Shown here: in pieces, positions 62,757 through 64,000 of the stretch
Numbering within the stretch: the stretch's first letter is position 1
Layout of the letters: each line of letters begins with the position of its first letter
DNA from: Sarea resinae
Taxonomy: Eukaryota
Direction: 5' to 3'
DNA length: 64,000 nt
Assembly: GCA_026026165.1 (NCBI GenBank)
Contig: JAPEUD010000039.1
Location: forward strand, 1 to 64,000
The notes under the pieces: model-generated
What the model was told of the DNA's origin: nothing
Databases searched by the model: none
The model's input: only the letters and a program-made list of their open reading frames with translations
Program-made: the position numbers and the translations under genes

Positions 62757-64000
62757 ATGGCGTCTCTCAATGTCTACATCACGACCTTCAACTGTGCGCG
62801 CGAGCCGCTGCGATGCGAAGACTTTGCCTCGCATCTATTCGATGCCTTGCCATCCGAGGACATCGATGCGTTACCGGACTTGCTGGTGTTGTCGCTTCAA
62901 GAGCTGGCACCCATCGCACAGTCGTTTCTCGGAGGCTCGTTCTTGACATGGTATCTGGAGAGATTTCGTTACGCTGTTGAGCTGGCCACATCTCGCTTTG
63001 GAGGAAAGAGCACGAGGTATAGTAATGTTGTCACGAGAAATGTTGGCATGACAGCCATAATGGTCTTTGCCAAAGAAGAAAAGGCCAAAGCTATCCGGTG
63101 GGTTGAGACGGCTGGCGTTGGGGTCGGCGCATGGGGGATGGGCAACAAGGGTGCGGTAGGGGTGAGGCTGGGCTACGATGCTGCTGCACGCGGGGCGAAT
63201 GCGGAGTCCGAGAGAGAAGTCATGGAGATGACTTTCGTCGCGGCGCATCTAGCTCCAATGGAAGATCAAACGGACAGGAGGAATGAAGACTGGAAGAATA
63301 TCGTCCGAGGCTTGGTATTCACACCAGTGGACAGATCGACGATATCTCCAAGAAGAGTCGGAAATGCGACAGAGGAGGAACGGCCATTGTTGTACGACGC
63401 GATCGAAAATGAAACTAGGCGGTACTCCGGGCTTTATGGCTCAACATCTCATGTCTTCCTAGCCGGCGATCTCAACTACCGCACCCAAAATCGAAAGCCT
63501 GGCCCACAAGATCACCACGCCTATCCCCAGCCGGCAGAATACAATGATGACTCTAGGCATTACTCCTACCTTTTCAAGGACGATCAACTATCGCGCGAAC
63601 TGAAAGCTCAGAAGACATGCCACGGTTTTACCGAAGCTCCCGTTGACTTTCCCCCAACCTACAAATACTCGAACAAGCAGTCCGAGTTCCGCATAGATGG
63701 AGAACCCCAGAAGTGGCAGTGGGCGAAACACCGCTGGCCCAGCTGGTGCGATCGGATTCTTTTCCTTGTTCCACCGCCTGCAGGAGGAGATATTCAAACA
63801 CACCAATACACGGCTTTACCCCTGATGCCTACGTCAGACCATCGTCCTGTTGCAATCTCACTCTCCTTGCCGCTGAAGCCTATCAAGCGCTCGGATCTCA
63901 CCTCGGACGACCCACGAGCACAGTCACCGTTCTCCATAGATCCTAACTGGAAGGAGAGGAGGGAATGGGCGAGGAGGCGAGAGATTGTTGTGGGAGCATT
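62757..64000 (+). CDS. Inositol polyphosphate 5-phosphatase (Inp54-like), runs off the window
   Basis: Open frame from ATG 62757: YITTFNC, SLQE, GNKGAVGVRL, FVAAHLAP, FLAGDLNYR, FPPTYKY, PSWCDRIL, SDHRPV. Confidence 0.92.
   Translation, partial: MASLNVYITTFNCAREPLRCEDFASHLFDALPSEDIDALPDLLVLSLQELAPIAQSFLGGSFLTWYLERFRYAVELATSRFGGKSTRYSNVVTRNVGMTAIMVFAKEEKAKAIRWVETAGVGVGAWGMGNKGAVGVRLGYDAAARGANAESEREVMEMTFVAAHLAPMEDQTDRRNEDWKNIVRGLVFTPVDRSTISPRRVGNATEEERPLLYDAIENETRRYSGLYGSTSHVFLAGDLNYRTQNRKPGPQDHHAYPQPAEYNDDSRHYSYLFKDDQLSRELKAQKTCHGFTEAPVDFPPTYKYSNKQSEFRIDGEPQKWQWAKHRWPSWCDRILFLVPPPAGGDIQTHQYTALPLMPTSDHRPVAISLSLPLKPIKRSDLTSDDPRAQSPFSIDPNWKERREWARRREIVVGA

Overview
Filamentous ascomycete (Pezizomycotina-type) genomic DNA with intron-containing genes. 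Two gene-dense flanks surround an accessory island at about 9-42.6 kb. The left flank holds a DUF3431 gene, KU70, ferrochelatase HEM15, a GH47 mannosidase and a dispersed 5S rRNA gene. The right flank holds two MFS transporters, DUF3445, a WSC sensor, an HExxH orphan, ATG33-like, a DUF3990/ART-like pseudogene and an inositol 5-phosphatase. The island core (12-33 kb) is a RIP-mutated nest: a Tc1/mariner transposase is split by a chromoviral Ty3/Gypsy element (309-bp LTRs, ATATT TSD). That element is in turn split by an 11.9-kb Ylt1-like Gypsy element (390-bp LTRs, CTAG TSD) and by a solo LTR of the same family. The inner element carries a large extra ORF with a PhyH-like 2OG-Fe(II) dioxygenase signature. 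The island arms hold a broken Upf1/DNA2-like SF1 helicase gene plus scattered fragments of it, and an atypical tRNA-like gene with a G3:U70 pair. Most unusual is a dispersed ~30-nt stem-loop repeat with compensatory base changes, found at 10.5, 34.2-34.6 and 62.0-62.4 kb. It always lies upstream of, and in sense with, an orphan ORF. It shares a 12-nt loop core with the tRNA-like gene, and one array has captured a piece of the neighbouring WSC gene. All family assignments come from motif recognition by eye, with no database searches; exon boundaries are approximate.
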